The notes under the pieces were generated by a model. It worked only from the letters and a program-made list of their open reading frames with translations. It searched no databases and had not been told where the DNA came from. From the NCBI GenBank assembly GCA_017449745.1, contig JAFTFD010000339.1:21866-85865 (forward strand): a stretch of 64,000 nt of DNA, written 5' to 3'. The position numbers and the translations under genes are program-made. Below are positions 51,091 to 59,256 of the stretch, piece after piece (within the stretch, counting starts at the first letter, position 1; every line of letters starts with the position of its first letter). This DNA comes from Lachnospiraceae bacterium (GTDB lineage: Bacteria > Bacillota > Clostridia > Lachnospirales > Lachnospiraceae).

Positions 51091-52080
51091 ATGGCAGAAA
51101 TCAGAAGACCTGACAACATGGAAAGAATTACGACCCCTGCCCTGGCGCAGGCATTCATTGAGGAGCAGATCACAGAGCTCCGCGCACAGATCGGTGACAA
51201 CAAGGTCCTGCTGGCACTGTCCGGCGGCGTAGACTCTTCTGTAGTTGCTGCACTGCTCATCAAGGCAGTCGGCAAGCAGCTGATCTCCGTGCACGTCAAC
51301 CACGGACTGCTTCGCAAAGGCGAGCCTGAGCAGGTTATTAAGGTATTCCGCGATGAGATGAATGCCAACCTGATCTATGTGGACGCTGTGGACCGCTTCC
51401 TCGACAAGCTGGCCGGCGTTTCCGATCCGGAGACAAAGAGACACATCATCGGTGAGGAGTTTATCGATGTATTCGCGGAAGAAGCCAGAAAGCTCGATGG
51501 CGTGAAATTCCTGGCACAGGGTACGATCTGGCCGGATATCCTTGAGAGCGAGGCAGGCATTAAGGCACACCACAATGCTGGCGGTCTTCCCGAGGACATC
51601 GCATCCCGCTTTGAGCTTGTAGAGCCGGTCAAGATCCTCTTCAAGGACGAGGTCCGTCTCGTAGGTAAAGAGCTCGGTCTTCCTGACAACATGGTCTTCC
51701 GTCAGCCGTTTCCCGGCCCGGGACTCGGCGTACGCTGCCCCGGCGCGATCACACGCGACAGACTCGAAGCAGTCCGTGAGTCCGATGCGATCCTGCGCGA
51801 GGAATTTGCAAAGAACGGCCTTGAGGGCAAGGTATGGCAGTACTTCACAGTTGTTCCGGACTTTAAGTCCACCGGTGTCAAGAACGGCAAACGTACCTTT
51901 GACTGGCCATGCATCATCCGTGCGATCAACACCACGGATGTCATGGAAGTTACTGTTGAGCACCTTCCGGACGAGCTGATCGATCACCTCGTTAAGAGGA
52001 TCATCACAGAGGTTCCCGGGATCAACCGCGTGCTCTATGACTTCACTCCCAAGCCGCCCGCAACGGTCGAATACGAATAA
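51091..52080 (+). CDS. Stand-alone GMP synthase ATP-pyrophosphatase (PP-loop plus dimerisation) domain protein, no glutaminase domain
   Basis: 329 aa with the PP-loop [10 protein letters not shown]. It is collinear with the C-terminal ~320 aa of the full-length GuaA in this window and ends KPPATVEYE. RBS is gaaggag. Confidence 0.88.
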   Translation: MAEIRRPDNMERITTPALAQAFIEEQITELRAQIGDNKVLLALSGGVDSSVVAALLIKAVGKQLISVHVNHGLLRKGEPEQVIKVFRDEMNANLIYVDAVDRFLDKLAGVSDPETKRHIIGEEFIDVFAEEARKLDGVKFLAQGTIWPDILESEAGIKAHHNAGGLPEDIASRFELVEPVKILFKDEVRLVGKELGLPDNMVFRQPFPGPGLGVRCPGAITRDRLEAVRESDAILREEFAKNGLEGKVWQYFTVVPDFKSTGVKNGKRTFDWPCIIRAINTTDVMEVTVEHLPDELIDHLVKRIITEVPGINRVLYDFTPKPPATVEYE

Positions 52081-52189
52081 TTTCTGATTTGTCAGAAGCC
52101 CGGTATTTTTGCGGGTTGCAAGCAAAAATGTTTAAGGTCTGACAGCAGATTGACAATATTTCTCTAAAACTGAATTATTCCAAAAGAAG

Positions 52190-52231
52190 CAGCGCTATCT
52201 GATTTCAAGTATTTCAGACAGCGCTGTTTTT
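52190..52231 (+). terminator. Intrinsic terminator after the GMPS-like gene
   Basis: Stem cagcgct(a)tctga / tcaga(c)agcgctg with an 11-nt loop, followed by ttttt. Confidence 0.75.
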
Positions 52232-52530
52232 CTATCCTATTAAGTGCAGAATATGTGCCGGCAGGTGTGTACGGATGATGAATACAAAAGACTGGAAAAA
52301 GCATTCTTTGAAAAGGAGAAGAATCTTTCCAAATTTGCCAGTATCGAGTACGAATGATCGCGAACGCTACAAACGATGCAGATGATGCAGATAAAAAGTA
52401 GGCCAGACCCTTGGAGAGCTTGATGTCCTAAGGAGCTGGCCTTCTTTTTATTTATAGCGCGCTTGCGCGCGTGCAGATTGCCTGCAGGGAAAAATGCTGT
52501 AAATGTGTAAGACGAAGATTATGATTACAC

Positions 52531-52586
52531 TTGACATGTTTGGTTTACTCGAGTAAACTCTTAGATAAGGTTTATCAAGATAAACC
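52531..52586 (+). promoter_or_regulatory. Sigma-70-type promoter with two palindromic operator candidates upstream of the blaI/blaR1-like genes
   Basis: TTGACA (52531-36), a 17-nt spacer, then TAAACT (52554-59). The perfect palindrome gtttactcgagtaaac (52543-58) overlaps the spacer and -10 element. A second palindrome, ggtttatc-aa-gataaacc, lies at 52569-86. Confidence 0.65.
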
Positions 52587-52607
52587 AAATTCAGGAGAGT
52601 GTTGACT

Positions 52608-52970
52608 ATGGGTGATATTGAACTTGGGAACGTGCAGGAACGGTTCGCGGATATTGTATGGAAGTATGAGCCTGTCGGTTCGGGAGAGCTGGTAAAGCTT
52701 TGTGAAAAGGAGCTGCACTGGAAAAAACCAACGACTTACACCGTGCTGCGAAAGCTGTGTGAGAAGGGCCTGCTTCAGAATGTGAACGGAATTGTGACCT
52801 CACGAATTTCGCGTGATGATTTCTACGCTTCCAAAAGCGAACAGATCATTGAAGAGTCATATCAGGGATCTCTCCCTGCTTTTGTAGCAGCATTCACTTC
52901 AAGGAAAAAGCTCTCAGCTAAGGAGGCTGAGGAGATCCAGAGGCTGATCGATTCTTTCAAAAAGGGGTAA
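52608..52970 (+). CDS. BlaI/MecI/CopY-family transcriptional repressor
   Basis: 120 aa from the ATG after an aggagag RBS. It has a winged-helix N-terminus (TTYTVLRKLCEKGLL) and a C-terminal dimerisation helix. Confidence 0.88.
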   Translation: MGDIELGNVQERFADIVWKYEPVGSGELVKLCEKELHWKKPTTYTVLRKLCEKGLLQNVNGIVTSRISRDDFYASKSEQIIEESYQGSLPAFVAAFTSRKKLSAKEAEEIQRLIDSFKKG

Positions 52971-52972
52971 GT

Positions 52973-55270
52973 ATGAGTGCTATATTCCTCAAAATATTGA
53001 ATATGAGTATTACAGCCAGCTGGCTTATCCTTGCTGTGATCGCTGCGCGGCAGCTTCTCAGGACGGCACCTAAGTGGACAGTCTGCCTGCTCTGGGGAAT
53101 GGTTGCGCTTAGGCTGATCTGTCCATTCTCTATGGAAAGCACATTCAGCCTGATCCCGAGTACGGAGACGATTCCGTCCGGGATCGCTGATCAGAACAGG
53201 CCCTCTGTTAATACGGGGATCACCCTTGTAAACGATATGGTCAATCCTGCGATATCGGCATCCTTTACCCCGAATCCCGGGGACAGCGTGAGTCCTCTTC
53301 AGATCATCATACCAATCGCAGCAGCTGTATGGATCACGGGAATGATCCTGATGCTTGCATATGCGCTGATCAGTTACCTGAAGCTGAAGAGAAGTGTCAT
53401 GGCATGTATGCCTGTCGGAGAAGATGTATTTGCCTGTGATGAGATAAATACCCCATTCATTCTGGGAGTTTTCAGGCCGTTGATCTATGTGCCTTCTTTC
53501 ATGGATGGTGATACATTAAGCTTCGTACTCCGGCACGAAAGGGCACATCTTCAGCGCCATGATCATTGGTGGAAGCCATTCGGATATTTGCTTCTGGCTG
53601 TTCACTGGTTTAATCCACTATGTTGGATCGCATATATCCTTCTTTGCAAGGATATAGAAATGGCATGCGATGAGAAAGTGATCCGCGACATGGACAAGGA
53701 TGCCATGGCAGCATATAGTCAGGCAATTCTTGACTGCAGCTTTTCCAGAAAACGCATCGCTGCATGCCCTCTGGCCTTCGGTGAAGTCGGGGTGAAGGAG
53801 CGGGTGAAAGGCGTGTTAAATTACAGGAGACCTACTTTCTGGATTATTTTGATCGCCGGTATAGTATGCATTGCTTTAGCTCTATGCCTTATGACAGACC
53901 CGTTATCAAAAGAGCTTGGCAAGACTCCTGCTGAGGGCGAATCATCTGGGCGGTTTTATCTGACGATCGGTGCAAAGGGTGTGAAAAGCATCGATGTAGT
54001 AACGCCTCATTCAAGCGGAGGCTGTCAGAATGCGGATGGTTCATTGTTTAAGGAAGGCGAAACCTTCTGGCTTGAACCACTGGACGGGGTTCAGGATCTA
54101 TGCGGTGTGACCATCACAGCTTTAGATGAAAACGGAGCTGTGATCTGGACAGCATCCATTCCCGACAATGAGGAAAACAAAGGCTTTACTCATTTGATAC
54201 AGGATGGATGGGAAGTCACGAGCTTCGCCGACCTGGAGACAGATATGCTGCCGTCCGGGACACAGGACGAAATGTTTGTCAGTTTTGCGGGCGAAGATTA
54301 TACGGAAATCCGATGGCAGGGGAGAACCTATGTGCCATATTGCCCTGTGGATAATCGCGACCGCGGCGCGAAGCTGGGTCATGTAGGCGAGGATGAAAAC
54401 GATGAAATCTATGAGTACAGGGATTATTCCGCGGCGGAATGGCTGATTTCGTTTTACCATTCCGGGCTGATGGACAGCTCCATGCTGATGCGGGAAGTGA
54501 ATGTAACTAAGATCCCGGAAGGATTGTCTTCCGAATACTGGTGGAATGAGCCCGGTCTTCTGGTTCCATACGAACAGACACAGGACGGACAGTGGGAGGC
54601 GCGTGGGAAACAGTACAGGTATTGCCTCACCCTGCGGGGCAGGGGGAATAATGCAGCCAGGGAAAGTGAATTTACGGTACTGTCGAATGAGCAGAATATT
54701 ACCTTTGAAGAAGTGTTAGAAAGTCTGTTTTCCAGCCAGCGTTACACTGTATTTGACTATAAAGACGCCATCCTGGTGCGGATTGGAACTTTGGAGGAGG
54801 ATGAAACGAACGCGCCTGGGGTATCAGAAACACCGAAAGAGGAAGACAACGGGCAAAACGCTTCCGCAGTTACGCAGGAGTGGCGCTGGCCTCTGGAAAA
54901 AACACATGAGGTCGGTGATTATTATGGAATCAGGGTCCATCCGCTGACCGGTGAAGAACGTATGCATGACCATGTAAATCTCAGAGCGGAAGAGGAAGAG
55001 TGGGTTGTGGCTGCAATCGGAGGAAAGATAAAAGACATACAGTATGACCCGCAGATGGGCAATACAGTCATCGTTGATGCCGGTGACGGAATAGAAACCG
55101 AGTATGGGCATCTCTCCAAAGTCGGAGTATCAGAAATTGGCGGGACGATCCATGCCGGTGATGTGATTGGAATGGCCGGCAAAACAGGAACGGCAACAGG
55201 AACCAATCTTTCTTTCAAGGTAATTGTAAATGGGAGTCCTGTAGATCCTATGCAGTTTATTGGTGATTAG
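52973..55270 (+). CDS. BlaR1/MecR1-like M56 peptidase signal transducer with C-terminal degenerate LytM (M23) domain
   Basis: 765 aa with N-terminal TM helices and the HExxH motif (RHERAHLQRHD). Residues ~310-630 are unrecognised. The C-terminal M23-like block (YGHLSK ... GKTGTATGTNLSFKV ... VDP) has HxxxD changed to HDHVN and HxH changed to NLS. Confidence 0.82.
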   Translation: MSAIFLKILNMSITASWLILAVIAARQLLRTAPKWTVCLLWGMVALRLICPFSMESTFSLIPSTETIPSGIADQNRPSVNTGITLVNDMVNPAISASFTPNPGDSVSPLQIIIPIAAAVWITGMILMLAYALISYLKLKRSVMACMPVGEDVFACDEINTPFILGVFRPLIYVPSFMDGDTLSFVLRHERAHLQRHDHWWKPFGYLLLAVHWFNPLCWIAYILLCKDIEMACDEKVIRDMDKDAMAAYSQAILDCSFSRKRIAACPLAFGEVGVKERVKGVLNYRRPTFWIILIAGIVCIALALCLMTDPLSKELGKTPAEGESSGRFYLTIGAKGVKSIDVVTPHSSGGCQNADGSLFKEGETFWLEPLDGVQDLCGVTITALDENGAVIWTASIPDNEENKGFTHLIQDGWEVTSFADLETDMLPSGTQDEMFVSFAGEDYTEIRWQGRTYVPYCPVDNRDRGAKLGHVGEDENDEIYEYRDYSAAEWLISFYHSGLMDSSMLMREVNVTKIPEGLSSEYWWNEPGLLVPYEQTQDGQWEARGKQYRYCLTLRGRGNNAARESEFTVLSNEQNITFEEVLESLFSSQRYTVFDYKDAILVRIGTLEEDETNAPGVSETPKEEDNGQNASAVTQEWRWPLEKTHEVGDYYGIRVHPLTGEERMHDHVNLRAEEEEWVVAAIGGKIKDIQYDPQMGNTVIVDAGDGIETEYGHLSKVGVSEIGGTIHAGDVIGMAGKTGTATGTNLSFKVIVNGSPVDPMQFIGD

Positions 55271-55362
55271 GGAACAGGGCTCAGTAAAAAAGTTGATTGT
55301 TCGTGTGCATTCAGAGGGGAGAAAAGCTGTATGAACAGCGGACTCACAGAGTCCGAACGCAG

Positions 55363-55397
55363 GGGGTACGGGGATTTTATCCTGTACCCCGGTTTTT
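55363..55397 (+). terminator. Intrinsic terminator after the blaR1-like gene
   Basis: Sequence ggggtacgggg-atttta-tcctgtacccc followed by ggttttt. Confidence 0.7.
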
Positions 55398-55514
55398 ACG
55401 TTCGAAATGTCCACGACAAGGATTCGGATGAAGATTCATTTGTAACCTTTCACCCTGTTCATCTGTATTATTATTGAAAGGCCTTTTAGTAACAATGTAA
55501 GGAACCATATATTT

Positions 55515-55997
55515 ATGCGATTAGATTTTAATGTGATTGCCGAGGAATACAGGGATAATCTCTTCGCCGCAGCTTTCCATATCTGTGAGAACGCGGCGGA
55601 TGCGGATGATGTTGTCCAGGAGACGCTTCTCAAATATCACCGGTCAACAAAAGAATTTGATAATGAAGAGCATCTTAAGGCCTGGCTTCTGCGCGTCACA
55701 GTCAATCAAGCAAAAAACGTGCGCAGATCTTTCTGGAGACACAGGATCGTACCGATTGAAGACTACATGGAGACGTTGTGCTTTGATTCACCGGAATCGG
55801 AGACTTTATTTCTGGAAGTGATGCAGTTGCCGGAGAAATACAGGATCGTGATTCATCTGTTCTATTATGAGGACTATTCGGTAAATGAGATCAGTCAGGT
55901 GCTAAGGATCAGCGAAAGTAATGCAAAGGTACGGTTAAGCCGCGCCAGAAAGATGCTCAAGGAAAGATTACGGGAGGAGTGGAGTGAGGATGAATAA
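55515..55997 (+). CDS. ECF-type RNA polymerase sigma-70 family factor (module 1)
   Basis: 160 aa with region 2 (DADDVVQETLLKY ... WLLRVTVNQAKN) and region 4 (YEDYSVNEISQVLRISESNAKVRLSRARKML). Confidence 0.88.
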   Translation: MRLDFNVIAEEYRDNLFAAAFHICENAADADDVVQETLLKYHRSTKEFDNEEHLKAWLLRVTVNQAKNVRRSFWRHRIVPIEDYMETLCFDSPESETLFLEVMQLPEKYRIVIHLFYYEDYSVNEISQVLRISESNAKVRLSRARKMLKERLREEWSEDE

Positions 55998-56589
55998 CCG
56001 AGAAAAATACAAACAGGCATTTTCTGTTCTGCATGCCTCCGATACTACAAAGATGGAGGTGAAAACAGTGGAATTATCTAAATACTCTATGATGCGCAGA
56101 ATTACCGCAGCGTGTGCCGGATTGATACTGGTCTTAGGAACAGGTATGGTGGTTTATGCGTATGGGGGACATATCGTCCGTCAGATTTTCGGATGGGGAA
56201 ACAACATGACGATCACTAATACAATTGATCCAGAGACCGGAGAAAACAAGAATGAAGTGATGGTCATGACTGACTCACTGACAAAGCCGATTATTGTTGA
56301 AGACGATAGGATAATATTCGTTGTAAATGGCGAGCATATCGATATTACAGATCAAATGTCCGAAACGGAGCCGTATTCCTATGAATATGAGGATGAGGAA
56401 GGCTACAAGCACTACTGGTTCGTTGGGATTAATAATGCTGAAAAGGGGGAATACGGATTCGGTGAATACATCATGGATACAAATGGCGAGTGGGCGGGAG
56501 GTTACTCAGCTTGGACTAATCTGGATGAGAATGGAGATGGCCCAGAGTGGTTGGAGATTGGAAAGGACAAGATAGGTTGTCCGTGGTAA
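55990..56589 (+). CDS. Putative anti-sigma factor / membrane protein (module 1)
   Basis: Its ATG overlaps the sigma stop codon (ATGAATAA). It has a short cytoplasmic N-terminus, one TM helix (ITAACAGLILVLGTGMVVYAY), and a ~130-aa extracytoplasmic domain. Confidence 0.65.
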   Translation: MNNREKYKQAFSVLHASDTTKMEVKTVELSKYSMMRRITAACAGLILVLGTGMVVYAYGGHIVRQIFGWGNNMTITNTIDPETGENKNEVMVMTDSLTKPIIVEDDRIIFVVNGEHIDITDQMSETEPYSYEYEDEEGYKHYWFVGINNAEKGEYGFGEYIMDTNGEWAGGYSAWTNLDENGDGPEWLEIGKDKIGCPW

Positions 56590-56644
56590 TGTGCTGGAGA
56601 AATGTTTTGATTACTGAATACAGCATATGATATAAGAATCAGAG

Positions 56645-56673
56645 AACCGGCGGCATTTGCTGCCGGTTTTTTT
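56645..56673 (+). terminator. Intrinsic terminator after module 1
   Basis: Sequence aaccggcggca-tt-tgctgccggtt followed by ttttt. Confidence 0.75.
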
Positions 56674-56683
56674 GAAAAACGAA

Positions 56684-56708
56684 TGAACCGATCGGAACAA
56701 ATCCGTCT
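56684..56708 (+). promoter_or_regulatory. Candidate ECF-type promoter upstream of the second sigma factor
   Basis: TGAAC (56684-88), a 15-nt spacer, then CGTCT (56704-08). This resembles the GAAC-N15/16-CGTC architecture of autoregulated ECF promoters. Confidence 0.4.
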
Positions 56709-56752
56709 CTAAATATACAGATGCATCTGAAAGAAACATGAAGGAGACGCCG

Positions 56753-57310
56753 ATGGATGAGCAATATCTCGTCAGAAGAATGAAGAATGGTGACCGGTCC
56801 GCTTTTGACAGCATTTACGAAAAATACCATATACCAATACTGCGCTCGGCCTATTTGATCTGTGGGAACAGACAGGATGCGGAAGACGTTATGCAGGATA
56901 CATTTGTTGCCTGCTGGCTCCATGTCAGGGAACTCAGAAAGGATGAGAGCTTCCGGTACTGGCTTTTTCGGATCATGGCACAGGCCGCGAGAAAAACAGC
57001 AAAGGAACATGCCGCTCTTGTGCCGGATGAAATGATCCAGGACACGGCAGACAGGGGTCAGCTGCAGCAGCTGGTCAGTGATGAGTATGAGAGAGTATTA
57101 GATGGATACTTCGTAGAGAATGCCTTGCAGGCATTATCTAAGCAGCAGAGGGAAGTGATCGTTCTCTACTACTACAATGAGATGTCTGTGAAGGAGATTG
57201 CAAATACACTGCAGGTCTTCGAAGGTACAGTTAAGAGCAGATTATTCACGGCGAGGCGGCAGATGAAATCGGCACTGCAGCGTCTTAAGAAGGAGAGAGA
57301 AAATGCGTGA
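56753..57310 (+). CDS. ECF-type RNA polymerase sigma-70 family factor (module 2)
   Basis: About 185 aa from the ATG after an aaggag RBS. It has region 2 (RQDAEDVMQDTFVACW) and region 4 (YYYNEMSVKEIANTLQVFEGTVKSRLFTARRQM). Confidence 0.88.
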   Translation: MDEQYLVRRMKNGDRSAFDSIYEKYHIPILRSAYLICGNRQDAEDVMQDTFVACWLHVRELRKDESFRYWLFRIMAQAARKTAKEHAALVPDEMIQDTADRGQLQQLVSDEYERVLDGYFVENALQALSKQQREVIVLYYYNEMSVKEIANTLQVFEGTVKSRLFTARRQMKSALQRLKKERENA

Positions 57311-57497
57311 AAACTATTTGGATCAGGAGATACGAAACGCGCTTGTAACAGCAGCGGATCACGTAGATGTATCCTCCCGCTGCAAGGACAGGATTGACGC
57401 TCAGATTAACTGTGCAGAGGCCATGCAATCGAATGGAGGATCAGGGCATTTTTGTTATGGAAGCCGCGAAAAAGAATTGACACATCCTATTGAATAG
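57303..57497 (+). CDS. Short ORF in the anti-sigma position, no TM segment (possibly a truncated anti-sigma factor)
   Basis: 64 aa. Its start overlaps the sigma stop codon as expected for a coupled anti-sigma gene, but the ORF ends before any hydrophobic helix. Confidence 0.4.
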   Translation: MRENYLDQEIRNALVTAADHVDVSSRCKDRIDAQINCAEAMQSNGGSGHFCYGSREKELTHPIE

Positions 57498-57511
57498 GGT
57501 AATATCTTGAT

Positions 57512-57655
57512 GTGAAAAGAACGTTCTATGAGATGAAACACTTTACAAAAAAGTGGAATGAATTAGGTTTTACGGATGACGATCTTCGTTCCTTACAGAA
57601 TATGCTGCTGGAGGATCCTAAGGCAGGACCGCCTGCAACATTTGAGGAAAGAACT
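57512..57655 (+). pseudogene. N-terminal remnant of a RelE/HigB-superfamily toxin (COG4737-like)
   Basis: MKRTFYEMKHFTKKWNELGFTDDDLRSLQNMLLEDPKAG matches the typical first ~40 aa of this toxin family. The remainder of the toxin fold is absent and the frame runs directly into the antitoxin. Confidence 0.55.
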
Positions 57656-57973
57656 ATGAGCACTATGTATGAAAGCCTGATGGAAGGGTTACAGGAAGAT
57701 CTGAAAGATATCCAGACTTACGGAGAACCTCAGGGTAGAAAAACGGTTATTGAATATATACCTGTGAAAGAATACACAGCTGATGAAGTAAAGTCGATTC
57801 GAAAAGGGGTAGGCGTGAGCCAGTCCGCATTTGCCAAATGCCTGGGCGTTTCCAAGAAGACCGTTGAAAAGTGGGAATCGGGAGATAACATTCCTTCAGG
57901 ACCTGCTTCGCGGTTGTTGGATCTGTTTTTCAACCATACGATCAGTACGTCACAATATATTAAGCATGTATAA
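57656..57973 (+). CDS. HTH (XRE/MqsA-HigA-like) antitoxin
   Basis: An internal ATG follows a gaggaaag RBS. The HTH reads IRKGVGVSQSAFAKCLGVSKKTVEKWESGDNIPSGPASRLL. Confidence 0.7.
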   Translation: MSTMYESLMEGLQEDLKDIQTYGEPQGRKTVIEYIPVKEYTADEVKSIRKGVGVSQSAFAKCLGVSKKTVEKWESGDNIPSGPASRLLDLFFNHTISTSQYIKHV

Positions 57974-58268
57974 TGTTGAAATGTTATCACGCTGATAAAA
58001 TTTTGATAGCACCGGCCATGACAGCCAGGATAATCTGGATAACTGAGATCAAAATAAATCAGAACAGATACAAATACTAAACAAATATGTTTAATATTTG
58101 AAAGTCCGTGTAGAATACGAATAAGAAAACACCTGTCCGCTTACATCCTCATTGTTTCTGAAAGTGACAAACAGTTTGAACCACTGACACTGGCAAGCTG
58201 AGGACAAAACAACATAGTAAAGCTGAAGCCTTGTGCTATGACATTACGTCACGGCATGAGGCTTTTTG

Positions 58269-58625
58269 TTATTGCTTGTCCAAGCCCTTCAGACGTTTGT
58301 AGTAAGCCAGAAGTCTGTCCCGCGAGGGATTCTTTTGGTCGATCACATCTGAAATCAATGCAAACAATGCCGGATCATCCGCTTTGGAGATAACGTATTC
58401 CTTTGGTTCGGGATCACTCACTGTACCAGTCAGGTAATCCGCAGAAGTCTTTAGTTTTTGTGCCATAAATATGATCATCTGATACGAGGGCGTTCTGGCA
58501 GCGGACTCATATCGCAGATATCCCATTTTAGACAGTCCGAGAAGTCTTGCAGCCTCAGCTTTATTAAGACCTCTTTCCTCACGTACTTTCTTTAGTCTTT
58601 CCGGTAAAATTATCACTTCTGCCAT
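58269..58625 (-). CDS. XRE-family HTH transcriptional regulator
   Basis: 118 aa with the HTH LKKVREERGLNKAEAARLLGLSKMGYLRYE. Confidence 0.85.
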   Translation of the reverse strand: MAEVIILPERLKKVREERGLNKAEAARLLGLSKMGYLRYESAARTPSYQMIIFMAQKLKTSADYLTGTVSDPEPKEYVISKADDPALFALISDVIDQKNPSRDRLLAYYKRLKGLDKQ

Positions 58626-58648
58626 GTTTCCGCCTCCATCCCAGGCTG

Positions 58649-58702
58649 TTGACAGTAACCAATGGATACAGTATTATGTCGTAAAGAGTATCCAATGGTT
58701 AT
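58649..58702 (+). promoter_or_regulatory. Promoter with two CCAATGG-containing operator-like sites in the divergent region
   Basis: TTGACA (58649-54), a 17-nt spacer, then TATTAT (58672-77). The site taaccaatggatac lies inside the spacer, and a related site gtatccaatggttat lies at 58688-702. Confidence 0.55.
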
Positions 58703-58750
58703 ATTTTAAGGCGTTCTGGTTATAATGACAAGCGAATAATTGGGGGCAGT

Positions 58751-59185
58751 ATGAATAAAAGATATAAAGCCATTGTATTTTCGTCACCAATGGATTCTGA
58801 GAAAGCTGGGATTAGGTATGCAATTAAGGATATTGAAACCGGCGAAATTGTGGATGATGCACAAGGTTATGGCTATAGATCAGCACAGAAGGCATATGCA
58901 GGATGGGCTTACAAAAACAGGGACAGATCCAAGGACACTGAAAAAGCGGAAAAGGAAATCATTATTTTACAGTGGATGAAAGAAAACAGGTCATTCATCA
59001 GATTACTGGATACTTTAGCATTCGAGATAGTGAAAGGATCCCACGCACCTGAGGACAAAGTTGATGTCAATTTCGTCAGAAAACTGCTGAAAGAGAATGG
59101 TTATAGAGACCTGCCTTTTACCGCTCGTGATCTATATAAATATTGGCAAAACGGACCAGTCTTTAGCAAGAAGAAACGACAATAA
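58751..59185 (+). CDS. Hypothetical protein, 144 aa
   Basis: A clean ORF divergent from the XRE regulator. I recognised no motif. Confidence 0.6.
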   Translation: MNKRYKAIVFSSPMDSEKAGIRYAIKDIETGEIVDDAQGYGYRSAQKAYAGWAYKNRDRSKDTEKAEKEIIILQWMKENRSFIRLLDTLAFEIVKGSHAPEDKVDVNFVRKLLKENGYRDLPFTARDLYKYWQNGPVFSKKKRQ

Positions 59186-59256
59186 TCATGTATTTTTTGG
59201 ATAATTCTGCATCGTTTCTTCAATCTCGGCAGGTCTTTGAGGCGTGATAGTAAATT

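Noticed and set aside
52253-52357. A 34-aa ORF (MCRQVCTDDEYKRLEKAFFEKEKNLSKFASIEYE) followed by a hairpin and T-tract at about 52409..52450.
   Set aside because: It is too short and has no RBS or recognisable motif. It could be a gene remnant or a small protein, but the sequence alone does not support calling it.
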